Assembly: GCA_963715985.1 (NCBI GenBank)
Contig: CAVQSP010000014.1
Span: forward strand, 160,001 to 224,000
Source: an uncultured Thermoleophilia bacterium
GTDB lineage: Bacteria; Actinomycetota; Thermoleophilia; UBA2241
DNA length: 64,000 bases
Direction: 5' to 3'
Under the pieces are notes generated by a model, which was given only the letters and a program-made list of their open reading frames with translations, did no database searches and was not told the DNA's origin. Within the stretch, counting starts at the first letter, position 1. Every line of letters starts with the position of its first letter. This document shows, in pieces, positions 20,681 to 30,300 of the stretch. A program made the translations under genes and the position numbers.

Positions 20681-20959
20681 GGCCTCGTGAGTTCCTTCTA
20701 CTCTGCCGGGCCTCCCTCGTGAAACCACGGGACAGGGGCGACCTGACCGATGCGGAGCTCGCTGCGCTGAAGGCGAAGCTCATTGGCAATCGGAAACGTG
20801 CGCTGGCGTCGGGAGGGCACACTCTTCCGTCTCTGCCGTTGTGTACCCTGTCGAGTCTCGGGAGCATCCCGAGATAGCGGAGCCGGCGTACCGTGTGACG
20901 GGCCGCCCTGTGAGTCGGGAAGAAGCCCCCACGGCAAGGATTGACGGGCAGGAGGTAGC

Positions 20960-21202
20960 ATGCGTGACGGCATCCGTGAAGCGGACGTGCAGACCGACGC
21001 CAACGGTGTGATCACGAACGTCAGGCTCGTGTTCGGACCACATCACTTCGTCGATCTCCACCGCCGGGAAGACGGCGGCGTCGACCTCGTCATGGGCACC
21101 ACCCACCATGGCTTTCGCGCCGACGCGTCCATCGTCGACAGCGAGCTCGAGCGAATCGTCAACGAGGTGCGCGAGGCGCACCCCGATCTGACGGTCGACT
21201 GA
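20960..21202 (+). CDS. Hypothetical 80-aa protein
   Basis: GGAGG RBS, ATG, coding-like composition, two HH pairs. Confidence 0.7.
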   Translation: MRDGIREADVQTDANGVITNVRLVFGPHHFVDLHRREDGGVDLVMGTTHHGFRADASIVDSELERIVNEVREAHPDLTVD

Positions 21203-21311
21203 CCATGGACGCCGATGAGGACATGAGCGAAGAGACTCTGACACAGCGGACTAACCATGCTCTCCGTACGCAGAAGCGGCTCTACACCATCCTCCGCTGA
21301 GAGGAGGCAAC

Positions 21312-21458
21312 ATGATCTTCTTCCTGTTCTTCATCGCTGCCGTCGTGATCGGCTACTTGATGCTCAAGTCGCCGGACTTCGCAACCGCCGTCAAGGGCGT
21401 CATCGCAGTGCTCGTCGTCATCTTCATCATCGCTGCAATCGCCGCAAGTTGCTCCTAG
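21312..21458 (+). CDS. Small 48-aa membrane protein with two hydrophobic segments
   Basis: GAGGAGG RBS; MIFFLFFIAAVVIGYLMLKSPDFATAVKGVIAVLVVIFIIAAIAASCS*; below the ORF-track length cut-off. Confidence 0.65.
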   Translation: MIFFLFFIAAVVIGYLMLKSPDFATAVKGVIAVLVVIFIIAAIAASCS

Positions 21459-21581
21459 ACGATATGGCTGTCTCTGTCCGCCGAGATCGTTGACGCAAGA
21501 CCGGACCCTGTTCGCATATGACGGGGGTTTGTCTGGCCGAAGACGAGCTTCGGCTGACCCCATACGAAGGAGGGTCCGGCG

Positions 21582-22658
21582 ATGGCAACCTTGTCATGGG
21601 CAGGTCTCGATGTCCACGCCCGCTCGACCGAAGCGGCGGCGCTCGACGCCGCCAGCGGCGAGCTCACGCGGCGGCGCTTCGGAGGCGGCACCGAGGCGGT
21701 GGTCGCCTGGCTCGCCGGGCTGCCGCAGCCGGTTCGGGCCTGCTACGAGGCGGGGCCGACCGGGTACGGGCTCTACCGCGCCGCCCGTGAGGCGGGCATC
21801 GCGATGCAGGTGATCGCCCCGGGCAAGACGCCCCGGGCCGCGGGCGACCGCGTCAAGAGCGACCGCAAGGACGCTGAGCTGCTGGTGCGCCTGCTGATGG
21901 CGGACGCGCTCACCCCCGTCGCCGTGCCGCCGCCCGAGGCCGAGGCGGCCCGTGACCTCAGCCGTGCCCGTGAGCAGCTGCGGGGCGACCTCATGCGGGC
22001 CCGCCACCGCGTCTCCAAGCTGCTCCTGCGCCACGGGCGCGTCTACGAGGGCAGCACCTGGACGCAGGCGCATCGCCGCTGGCTCGCCGGCCAGCGCTTC
22101 ACCCACGCGGCGACCGAGCTCGCCTACCTCGACGGTCTGGCCGCCGTGGACGGCCTTCTCGCCCGCCGCGAGGTCCTCGACCAGCGGCTCTCGCAGCTGG
22201 CGCTCGAGGATGCCTTCTGGCCGACCGTCGCGCGCCTGCGCTGCTTCCGCGGCATCGACACGCTCACGGCCCTCGCCCTGCACCTCGAGGTGCACGACTG
22301 GCGGCGCTTCGAGCGCGCCCCGCAGCTGGCCGCCTGGCTCGGGCTCACGCCCTCGCTGCACCAGTCCGGCGAGAGCTCCTCGCAGGGGGCGATCACCAAG
22401 ACCGGCTCCGCGCATGCCCGCCGGCTGCTCGTCGAGGCGGCGCACCACTACGCGCGCCCGCCGCGCCGGGGAGCCGCGCTCGCGCGGCGCCAAGCAGGCC
22501 AGAGCGACCACGTCCTGCAGACCGCCTGGCGCGCCCAGCACCGGCTCTTCCGCCTGCAGACGCGCCTGCGCGGGCGCGGCAAGCCGCCCAACGTCGCCAC
22601 CGTGGCGGCGGCGCGTGAGCTCGCCTGCTTCCTCTGGTCGGTGGCCACCGCCGACTGA
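21582..22658 (+). CDS. IS110-family DEDD recombinase/transposase
   Basis: AGLDVH, CYEAGPTG, KSDRKDA, GLTPSLHQSG, GAITKTG, AAARELA. Confidence 0.95.
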   Translation: MATLSWAGLDVHARSTEAAALDAASGELTRRRFGGGTEAVVAWLAGLPQPVRACYEAGPTGYGLYRAAREAGIAMQVIAPGKTPRAAGDRVKSDRKDAELLVRLLMADALTPVAVPPPEAEAARDLSRAREQLRGDLMRARHRVSKLLLRHGRVYEGSTWTQAHRRWLAGQRFTHAATELAYLDGLAAVDGLLARREVLDQRLSQLALEDAFWPTVARLRCFRGIDTLTALALHLEVHDWRRFERAPQLAAWLGLTPSLHQSGESSSQGAITKTGSAHARRLLVEAAHHYARPPRRGAALARRQAGQSDHVLQTAWRAQHRLFRLQTRLRGRGKPPNVATVAAARELACFLWSVATAD

Positions 22659-22679
22659 AGAGTCGGGCGCATAGCCGCC

Positions 22680-22870
22680 CGCTCGAGGGACGCCGCACCG
22701 CACGACGCCAGCCGGCATGCGCGTTTCTGCTATGGGCAGCCGCCCTTGCGGGGCGGTCACGCCCGCTCCTAGAGCCGCGCTCCGCCGGCGACGGAGAGAC
22801 GTCTTGGGGCGCGAAGATCCCCGCATATCAGACTGACTGACGGTCGCAGGCTGCGTGCGGCGTCCCTCCG
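22680..22870 (+). ncRNA. Putative IS110 bridge/seek RNA
   Basis: Four ordered segments match target and donor: TCTGCT 22726-22731, GCTCCTAG 22765-22772, CGTCT 22800-22804, CATATCAG 22824-22831. Boundaries approximate. Confidence 0.7.
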
Positions 22871-22947
22871 GCGGGCCTTCTCTCCGGTCTCTTCGGACCG
22901 GGTGGCAGGGCTTTGCCGCTTGACGGGAGTGCGGGCCATATCAGCAG

Positions 22948-23004
22948 ACTGCGCGTGACTGTGACGGATGAGAGAACTGCGCGTGACTGTGACGGATGAG
23001 AGAA
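22948..23004 (+). repeat. Perfect 28-bp tandem duplication
   Basis: Two copies of ACTGCGCGTGACTGTGACGGATGAGAGA. Confidence 0.95.
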
Positions 23005-23017
23005 AGGAGGGGTAGTC

Positions 23018-23206
23018 ATGGGTGAAGTGAACTTCGTAGCCTTCGACAGTGAGAAGGGGGTGCCTACGGCGTCCACATCCGGATCGCCGGTGGACGTTGC
23101 CGACTTCCTCTCGATCTGGATGAAGAACAACAACGACGGGATCTCTCTGGCCGAGCAGCTCGGCGTGGACTTCCTGCGGCCCGGCAACCATCCTGAGGGC
23201 GAGTGA
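23018..23206 (+). CDS. Small hypothetical protein (paralogue of 34391-34597)
   Basis: AAAGGAGG RBS; MGEVNFVAFDSE...SGSPVDVADF.SIWMKNN shared with the second copy. Confidence 0.8.
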   Translation: MGEVNFVAFDSEKGVPTASTSGSPVDVADFLSIWMKNNNDGISLAEQLGVDFLRPGNHPEGE

Positions 23207-23354
23207 CGCCGACTCCAAGCAGATTCGATCGTCTGGCGCGGTCGGCGCGAACGTCACATGCACCTCGTGATCGTCATCTTGTCCTCGCCGGGGTGACGAT
23301 GACGAGAGTCACGACATGGGGTGTCTCACGACCAATGTCCCTGTTGGACCTCCG

Positions 23355-23383
23355 TTGCCATATCATCCCACATTTGGGATACT
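23355..23383 (+). promoter_or_regulatory. Sigma70-type promoter with operator; leaderless transcript likely
   Basis: TTGCCA-N17-GATACT; IR ATCCCA-N4-TGGGAT; GTG 6 nt after the -10. Confidence 0.7.
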
Positions 23384-23389
23384 CGCGAC

Positions 23390-23776
23390 GTGAAGGCTCC
23401 CTCGTTCAGGGAGCTCATCTGGGTGGGGTCTTCGCTCAAGGACTTGCGCGGTTTCCCAGAGGAGGTGCGGCAGATCATGGGGTTCGCGTTGTACCTCGCG
23501 CAGAAGGGCGGCAAGCATCCGGCCGCGAAGCCTCTCAAGGGCTTTCGCGGCGCGGGCGTTCTCGAGGTAGTCGGCGATGACCATGGGGACGCGTATCGCG
23601 CGGTCTACACCCTTCGGTTTGCCGGTCGAATCTACGTTCTGCACGCGTTCCAGAAGAAGGCGAAGCGGGGAGCCGCTACGCCGAGGCGTGACAGAGACCT
23701 TGTCTGTGAGCGTCTGGAGCACGCGCGCCTGATTGACGCGTCGCGCCGGCGTTGTGCCGGGGGAGGTGGCGCATGA
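23390..23776 (+). CDS. RelE/Gp49 (Tad-like) toxin
   Basis: WVGSSLKDLRGFP...AKPLKGF.GAGVLEV...AYRAVYT...YVLHAFQKK. Confidence 0.9.
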   Translation: MKAPSFRELIWVGSSLKDLRGFPEEVRQIMGFALYLAQKGGKHPAAKPLKGFRGAGVLEVVGDDHGDAYRAVYTLRFAGRIYVLHAFQKKAKRGAATPRRDRDLVCERLEHARLIDASRRRCAGGGGA

Positions 23777-24111
23777 AAGGCGCGGCGCCGGAGTATGAGG
23801 TCAGCACCGGCAACGTGTTCGCCGATCTCGGCTTGCCGGCATCGGGGGAGCTCCTGGCCAAGGCGGAGCTGGCGCGCCGGATCGCCGACCTGGCGGCGCA
23901 GCGCCGGCTGACGCAGGCCGAGGCGGCGCACATCCTCGGTACCACTCAGCCCAAGGTCTCCGAGCTCTTCGCCGGCAAGCTCGCCGGCTTCTCGGTGGAG
24001 CGCCTGATCCGCTTTCTCAACGCTTTCGGCCAGGATGTGGAGATCCGCGTCTCGCCGAAGCCACGCAGTCACGAGAGCGCCACGGTGCGCGTGCTCGGTC
24101 GCGGGCGCTAA
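23773..24111 (+). CDS. XRE-HTH antitoxin
   Basis: STGNVFADLG...LTQAEAAHILGTTQPKVSEL...FSVERL; ATGA overlap with the toxin. Confidence 0.9.
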   Translation: MKGAAPEYEVSTGNVFADLGLPASGELLAKAELARRIADLAAQRRLTQAEAAHILGTTQPKVSELFAGKLAGFSVERLIRFLNAFGQDVEIRVSPKPRSHESATVRVLGRGR

Positions 24112-24234
24112 GGACGCCGCGGGCGGCGGCTGCTCTCCGTTCAGCCCCATTTCCGCAAAGCTCCTCCCGCGCCGTCGCCGAGCGTCCAATTCAAGTCCCT
24201 TCTTCCCGACATTCACCGCTCCAACAAGCAGCGG

Positions 24235-24529
24235 ATGGAGATCGTCTGCAGCTTGGGCCGCCGGCAGTTCTCGTTCACCGTCGAAGGTCGCATGCACACG
24301 GCCGCTCTGGACGGAGCTGTGCTCGCCTATCTCATCGAAGGCTTTGCGACGGCAGACGCGGCGGCGGCTCCGACGCCCGCTTCGCGATCGCCGCGGAGCG
24401 CCCGAGGCGGCGGAGCGCGGGCCCAGAAAGCGCGGCTGGCGAGATCGAGAGGCTCGTGAAGCTTCGCGTCAGGGGGACCTGACCGATGCGGAGCTCGCGG
24501 CGCTCAAAGCGAAACTGACTGGCGGCTAG
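24235..24529 (+). pseudogene. SHOCT-domain protein remnant
   Basis: EIERLVKL/GDLTDAELAALKAKL*; a similar fragment lies at ~20716-20787. Confidence 0.5.
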
Positions 24530-24641
24530 GCGGGGCGGAGCGACGGGTCTGTTGCTGTCGACCAGACGTTCGAGGACAAGCGCACCGCATCCCACCTGCT
24601 ATCCTTCGTCATGGCCTGAGTCGTCGGTGCAAGGAGTCTCC

Positions 24642-25974
24642 ATGGACTCTCGTTCCTACAGGGTGGGCAGGTCCCGGATCACGCTGCAGTTCGGGGACAT
24701 CACGACATCCCAGGCGGAGGTCATTGTCAGCTCCGACGACTTCCTGCTGTCGATGGGCGGAGGGGTGTCCGCGTCCATCCTGCTGCCGGCGGTCGGCGCA
24801 TCGCCGGCGATGCCGCCAAGCTGAGGCCGGTCCGGGTGGCCGACGTCGTCGTCTCCACGGCCGGCGACCTGCCGGCGAAGTACGTGATGCACGCGATCAC
24901 CCTGGGTCCTCTGGCGGACCAGCTGCCTGACGAGGCGGTCATCCGGCAGACGACGCAGCGCGCGCTCCGTCTCGCCACATCGCTGGGGTGCTCGTCCATC
25001 GCGTTTCCCGCGATCGGCTCGGGCGTGGCGGGAATCGCCTTCCACGTCGTCGCTTCTCAGATGGCAGGCGCCCTCGTGGACTACCTCCTGGGCTCGGAGG
25101 CGCCGCTGGGCGTCGAGCTCTACTTCAAGGAGCAGCACCGCCGCGAGGGTGCACGCGACCTGTTCCCGTTCTTCGAGGCGTTCGCCGGGCGTACCCGCGG
25201 GCTGGAGACCAAGGTCGATCCGGATGGCGCCGTGCTCGGGCCGCCGCCGGTGGAAGGGAGAAGGGTGCGGCTGCCGGACATGACGAAGGAATCCCACGCG
25301 TCGCCGACAGGTCTACGACATGCTGCGGCTTCTGGATGGGCGAAGGGACCAGCTCGAGGCCGACCTCGTCCAGGCGCTGATGGGCGAGGGCCCCAGCCCG
25401 GAGCACACGATCTCACTGTTGCGAAGCCAGCTCGAGTTTTGGCTGCCCTGCGGCACAACTACGCGTCGGAGCTTGAGAGGAGGGGGCGCGACCCGCTCCG
25501 TCGCCGGCCGGTGACTCCGTGTTCGTCAGCTCCACCGCCGTCGACCTCAAGGAACACAGGTTGGCCGTGCGGAACACGATCGACGGGCTGAAGCTCACCT
25601 TCGTCGGCATGGAGGAGTTCACGCCGACGGCCACCGCACCGGCGGACCTCATCCGCGCCAAGGTCGACAGCGCCGAGGCCTACTTCGGGATCCTGGGCAT
25701 GCGCTACGGCAGCGTGGACCAAGCCTCCGGACTCTCGATGACCGAGCTGGAGTACCGGCAGGCGCTCGCCAGCGGCAAGCCGCTCTTCATGTTCGTGATG
25801 GACAGGAGCGCCACCATCCGGGCTGACATGGTCGAGGACGATCCTGAGCGCTACGCCAAGCTCCTCGATTTCCGCAAGCGCGTGCTCACCGCCCACGTGT
25901 GCGCCATGTTCTGCAGCGTGGAGGAGCTGAAGCAGAAGGCCGAGGCCAGCCTCAAGGACGCCTTCGGGCTGTAG
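24642..25974 (+). CDS. Macro domain plus DUF4062 (TIR-like) protein, multiple frameshifts
   Basis: ITLQFGDIT...MGGGVS / TAGDLPAKYVMHA / SIAFPAIGSGVAG, then VFVSSTAVDLKEHR...GMRYGS...SMTELEYRQA. Confidence 0.78.
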
Positions 25975-26256
25975 GCCTCCGGGTGCCGGTGTCGCCGCCG
26001 TCCCAGTCCGTGTGCACCCAAGTCGTCTCCGTGGGTGTTCGCGGAGAACATGAAGCCGCCGGACGAGTTCATGCGGGAGCTTGCCGGAGAGGCCCCGCGC
26101 AGCTGGGTGTTCGGCGGCGACTGTCACCCACTGCGCCGCATGGTCATCCTCGTCCGATGCGGCGCGCCCGGGTAGGCTGCGGGCGGCCATGGATGCTGAG
26201 ATCGACACGATCGCGGGCAGCGTGCGACCCGCCGGTCCCTTGAGCTCGTTCCGGGC

Positions 26257-26274
26257 ATGATGAATCATCATACT
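26257..26274 (+). promoter_or_regulatory. Operator palindrome overlapping a -10 element
   Basis: ATGATG-AAT-CATCAT overlapping CATACT, upstream of the RHH antitoxin. Confidence 0.65.
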
Positions 26275-26286
26275 TGGAGGTACGTC

Positions 26287-26529
26287 ATGGGACGCGCGAA
26301 GATCGCCATCACGATCGATGGGGAAATCCTCGGCGCCATCGACCGTTTGGTGTCGGAGCACCGCTTCCCCAATCGCAGCCAAGCCATTCAGGAGGCCTTG
26401 GACGAGAAGCTCTCGCGACTTGCTCACAGCCGCCTGGCGGAGGAGTGCGCGAAGCTCGACCCCGGCCTCGAGCAGGCGCTGGCCGAGGAGGGCATGGGCG
26501 GGGAGTTGGCGGAGTGGCCGGAATACTGA
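26287..26529 (+). CDS. CopG/RHH antitoxin
   Basis: AKIAITID...IDRLV...[12 protein letters not shown]...EWPEY. Confidence 0.88.
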   Translation: MGRAKIAITIDGEILGAIDRLVSEHRFPNRSQAIQEALDEKLSRLAHSRLAEECAKLDPGLEQALAEEGMGGELAEWPEY

Positions 26530-26852
26530 GGGGCGCTGTCCACTGGGCCGATCTGAGCCCGACTCGAGGACACGATCAGTCGGGCCGGCGGCCCGTTCTC
26601 ATCCTCAGTGCCGACGTCTTCAACGAGCGCTCGGGTACGGTGATCGCGGTCGAGTTGACGACTCAGCCTCAGCGAGCCGGCTTCCCTCTCACGCTGGAGC
26701 TTGACTCCGCGCAGCTCACCAAGCCGTCGTGGGTCAAGATCAGCCAGATCCGCACCCTGTCGGTGCAGCGCATCGGCAGCAGGCTCGGGGCCGCCTCGCC
26801 GGAGGAGGTCGCACGGGTGATCGAGGGTCTGAACGAGATCCTTGGGGCGTGA
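26514..26852 (+). CDS. PemK/MazF-family toxin
   Basis: [28 protein letters not shown]...FN...SQIRTLS. Confidence 0.92.
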   Translation: MAGILRGAVHWADLSPTRGHDQSGRRPVLILSADVFNERSGTVIAVELTTQPQRAGFPLTLELDSAQLTKPSWVKISQIRTLSVQRIGSRLGAASPEEVARVIEGLNEILGA

Positions 26853-28187
26853 CCCGTCTTGTCTTGACCAGCTGCCCGCGCGCGGCCGATGGGGTCCGCG
26901 CCTGCGCCGGCCCGCCTTTGGCGTCCGCTCCGTCCCAATCCGTGTGCACCCAGATCGTCTCCTTTGCGGCGACGGCCGTCGTCAGACGCTCCAGATCCTC
27001 CGGCCACGCGTGCCCGCCGGCGTGGACGAGGCGCGCCTCCACGCCGGCGCGCTCTGCCCACGTGCGCAGCGCGCAGCCGTCGCGCTCCCAGTAGCCGCTC
27101 CACAGCGACCAGACGAGGGTGACCCGCTCGGGTCCGATCTTGTCGAGCAGCTTGGTCACGCCGTAGCTGCCGCGCGTGCACAGAAGGAAGCGGCTCGGGT
27201 GTCGCGGCCAGCTCGTCGCTGGACACGCGGCCTTCGGCGCTCATCGCGCGCGCGAGGTCCATGAGCCCGGCGTTCTCGAGGCGCTCGACCTGGGAGGGCA
27301 CGAAGCTGACGCGCACGCCCTCCCAGCTGAACTGGGGGATGTTCCTGGAGAGCGGCGCCAGCTGCATGAGCACGTAGGCCTGGTACGGGTCGATGACGAG
27401 CTGGCGGCCGCGGCGGCGTGCCGCGCGGAAGCAGGAGACGAGGCGGTCGACGTTCTGGCCTGAAGAGGCGACGGCGAGCAGCTTGTCCGGGCCGGCCGTC
27501 CATCAGCTCAAGCAGGCGCTCCTCGACGTCGGCCTCGCTCTTCAGGCCGTGGGTCCCACCGGACGAGCCCAGCGTGGTGCCCTCGACGAGCAGCCAGTCG
27601 ACGCCACGCACGCGCTCGTCGGTGAGGAGGTTCTCAAAGCGGAAGCCGGTGCGTCCGTGGGCGCGCAGGTCGCCGGTGTAGAGCAGGCGCTGCCCGTCGG
27701 CCTCCACAAGCAGTGCGCGGGAGTCCGGCGCCGCGTGGTCAACGGGGATGGGCGTCACGGTGATGCCGCCGACGCGCAATGGCTCCTCGTCAGGCAGCAC
27801 GCGCAGGTCCGCCGGCAGTCGCGTCCTGGGGAAGAAGACGCGCCCCACCTCGAGGATCGCGATCGTCCCACGGCTCCCGTACACCGGGATCGCAGGGTGG
27901 GCGTGGTGCGCCAGGCCCCAGTGGTCGGCGTGTGAGTGCGTGAGGATGATGGCGGCGACGTCCGGCGCCGCAAGGTCGCTCGGGAAGACGCCGGGCACGT
28001 CGACGAGCACGCCCTCGGCGATGAGCTCGGCGGTGGGCCGCTGCGGCGTGTCGCGTGGGAAGTCGCCGCCGTCGGGCGCGACCAGCGGCATGCCGAGGTC
28101 GAGCAGCACGCGCGTGCCGTCGTCCGCGGCGACCTCTATGCACATGCCGCCGATCTCGTGAGGGCCGCGGTGGATGATGTGGTGGAT
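26853..28187 (-). pseudogene. RNase J-like metallo-beta-lactamase/beta-CASP hydrolase (frameshifts; ATC at the expected start)
   Basis: IHRGPHEIGGMCIEV, THSHADH, VDHAAPDS, YTGDLRAHG, EGT, QNVDRL, SLWSGY, HAGGHA, WVHT; AAGGAG RBS before ATC. Confidence 0.8.
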
Positions 28188-28381
28188 GGCAGTCTCCTTG
28201 GTGGTTGACGAGCGGGGCCCAGTAGAGGGTGGCACGCGGAGGGGACGGACGAGTCGTCACCTTGCTCGCGTGATGGTCATCCTGTCCCCGAGGTTCGACG
28301 GCATCTACGCTGTCGCCCTGACCTGCAGCGCCGCCCGCAGAGGCTGATGACAAAAGGCACACAATGAACTACAGTGAACTC

Positions 28382-28675
28382 ATGAAGCCGTTCCGCTGGA
28401 GCGCTGAGAAGGACGACGAACTCAAGACGGGACGGGGCATCTCCTTTGAGGTGATCGTGGTGGCGGTCGGTGCCGGCGGCCTGCTTGATGTGCTGCCTCA
28501 TCCGAATCAGGCGAGATACCCGCACCAGCGGGTACTGGTCGTGGCGGCGGATGCGTATGCGTACCTGGTGCCGTTTGTGGAAGAAGACGAGTACGTGTTC
28601 CTGAAGACCATCATCCCCAGCCGCAAGGCCACACGGGACTACCTGCGAGAGGGTGAGGGCTATGACGAACCTTGA
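28382..28675 (+). CDS. BrnT-like toxin
   Basis: FRWSAEKDDELK..RGISFE...HPNQARYPHQ...FLKTIIPSRKAT. Confidence 0.85.
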   Translation: MKPFRWSAEKDDELKTGRGISFEVIVVAVGAGGLLDVLPHPNQARYPHQRVLVVAADAYAYLVPFVEEDEYVFLKTIIPSRKATRDYLREGEGYDEP

Positions 28676-28964
28676 CGCCTACGAAGCCGACCTGCTTCGT
28701 GCCTACGAGGCCGGCGAGCTCAAGTCGATCGCGACCAGGGAGGAGCTGGCCAGGCTCAGGGCGGCGGCGCGTGCGACGGCGACAAAGGACCGCCGGGTGA
28801 ACATCCGCCTCTCGTCCGGCGACCTCATGGACATCCAGGCGAAAGCGCTTGAAGAAGGCATCCCGTACCAGACGCTGATCGCGAGCGTACTGCACAAATA
28901 CGTGAGCGGACGGCTGACGGAGAGGGACGTCTCCCCAGGCAGGACGGCCTCTGCTCGCGGGTGA
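28662..28964 (+). CDS. Cognate RHH antitoxin (BrnA-like)
   Basis: KDRRVNIRLS..DL..IQAKALEEGIPYQTLIASVLHKY. Confidence 0.85.
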   Translation: MTNLDAYEADLLRAYEAGELKSIATREELARLRAAARATATKDRRVNIRLSSGDLMDIQAKALEEGIPYQTLIASVLHKYVSGRLTERDVSPGRTASARG

Positions 28965-29043
28965 CCGATTGCCCGGCGGGCGGGGCGGCTGAAGCGATGG
29001 GCGCCTCGCCGCCATGACGGTCTTCAGGCGCCATCCTGCCTCG

Positions 29044-30198
29044 TCACAGCTCCCCCATGGGGGTCCGCAGTGCGTCCAGCACGGGTCGCGCTACGTAGAG
29101 CCTCCTCCATGCGCGCTCGCCGACCTCCTCGAGCAAGCCGGCGGCGACGAGCGTCTGGACCGCGGTCCGAGCGGTCGGGTTGGTCACGCCGAGGCGTCGC
29201 TGCGCCTCGGCGACCGTGATGTAGGGGGTGCGCAGCAGCTCGTCGACCAGAGCCAGGGCTTTGGGCTTGCCCTGCACGCGCAGCCGGAAGTCCTCGCGGA
29301 GGCGCATGATCTCGCGTGCCTGGCCGGCCGCGCGCACGCTCGTCTCGCGCACCCCGGTGAGGAAGAACAACAGCCACGTTCGCCAGTCCCCGTCCGTCCG
29401 CACGCGCAGAAGTGCGTCGTAGTAATCGCTGCGATGCGCTTCGATGTACGCGGAGAGGTAGAGGAGCGGTTGCGTGAGGCGTGCACGCTCTGTGAGGAAC
29501 AGTGTGATGAGGAGCCGGCCCACGCGGCCGTTGCCGTCGAGGAAGGGGTGGATGGCTTCGAACTGCTCGTGCATGATCGCGCACTGCACAAGGTCCGGCA
29601 GGCTGGTGCGGTCGTGGAGGAAGCGTTCCCAGTCAGAGAGCGCCTCGTGCATCTCGGGCACGGGCGGCGGCACGTAGGTGGCGGTCGCCGGTGTGGAGCC
29701 GGGAGGCCCGATCCAGTTCTGCGAGCGCCGGAACTCGCCCGGCGTCATGTGTCCGCCGCGGACGCCCCGCATGAGGTGCTCGTGCAGTTCGCGCACGAAC
29801 CGGAGGGACAGAGGCAGGACCCTGAGGCGATCCAGCCCATGTTCGAGCGCCTCGATGTAGTTGCGCACCTCGCGGAGGTCCTCGGGGTGACTGTCGGGTG
29901 GCGCCGCGTCCACCTCGTCCATGAGAAGCTCGGAGAGCGTGGTGCGCGTGCCCTCGATGCGCGACGAGAGCACGGCCTCTTGCCGCAGGTAGGGGGCGAT
30001 GAGCAGATGAGGGTTGGGGAGTTGCTCGCCGGCGACGGAGAGCTCGCTCAGTCCGGCGTCGGCGCGGGAGAGCGCGAGGACGAGGTCCTTGCCGTAGTCG
30101 AGGTCAGGAGGGAGGGGGGCCGGCACGAAGGCGTCGTAGCCCTCCGGTGTCCGCACGATCCTGCCGGCGCTCGTGCTACGGAATGTGCTCGTGTCCAC
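29044..30198 (-). CDS. Fic-family AMPylase with N-terminal inhibitory motif and C-terminal HTH
   Basis: SSRIEGT and HPFLDGNGRVGR. Confidence 0.93.
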   Translation of the reverse strand: MDTSTFRSTSAGRIVRTPEGYDAFVPAPLPPDLDYGKDLVLALSRADAGLSELSVAGEQLPNPHLLIAPYLRQEAVLSSRIEGTRTTLSELLMDEVDAAPPDSHPEDLREVRNYIEALEHGLDRLRVLPLSLRFVRELHEHLMRGVRGGHMTPGEFRRSQNWIGPPGSTPATATYVPPPVPEMHEALSDWERFLHDRTSLPDLVQCAIMHEQFEAIHPFLDGNGRVGRLLITLFLTERARLTQPLLYLSAYIEAHRSDYYDALLRVRTDGDWRTWLLFFLTGVRETSVRAAGQAREIMRLREDFRLRVQGKPKALALVDELLRTPYITVAEAQRRLGVTNPTARTAVQTLVAAGLLEEVGERAWRRLYVARPVLDALRTPMGEL

Positions 30199-30228
30199 GT
30201 TCGTCTCCCGGAGGCGGCTTGCGGCCGC

Positions 30229-30294
30229 TTTCAAAGTCCCGGCTGCTTTGAAAATCCGTGCTCAGATATTTGCAGAGTTCCCGGTACTCTGCAA
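30229..30294. promoter_or_regulatory. Two inverted repeats upstream of the fic gene
   Basis: TTTCAAAG-N9-CTTTGAAA (30229-30253) and TTGCAGAGT-N7-ACTCTGCAA (30270-30294). Confidence 0.55.
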
Positions 30295-30300
30295 GTGGGC

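Larger units (their letters stand above)
21459..22944 (+). mobile_element. IS110-family element with subterminal IRs and a long 3' non-coding end
   Basis: AG core at 21457-21458 and 22943-22944; IR GATATGGC 21461-21468 / GCCATATC 22935-22942. Confidence 0.85.

Noticed and set aside
22948-23004. 28-bp repeat as a CRISPR array
   Set aside because: Two head-to-tail copies with no spacer, and no cas operon in the window.
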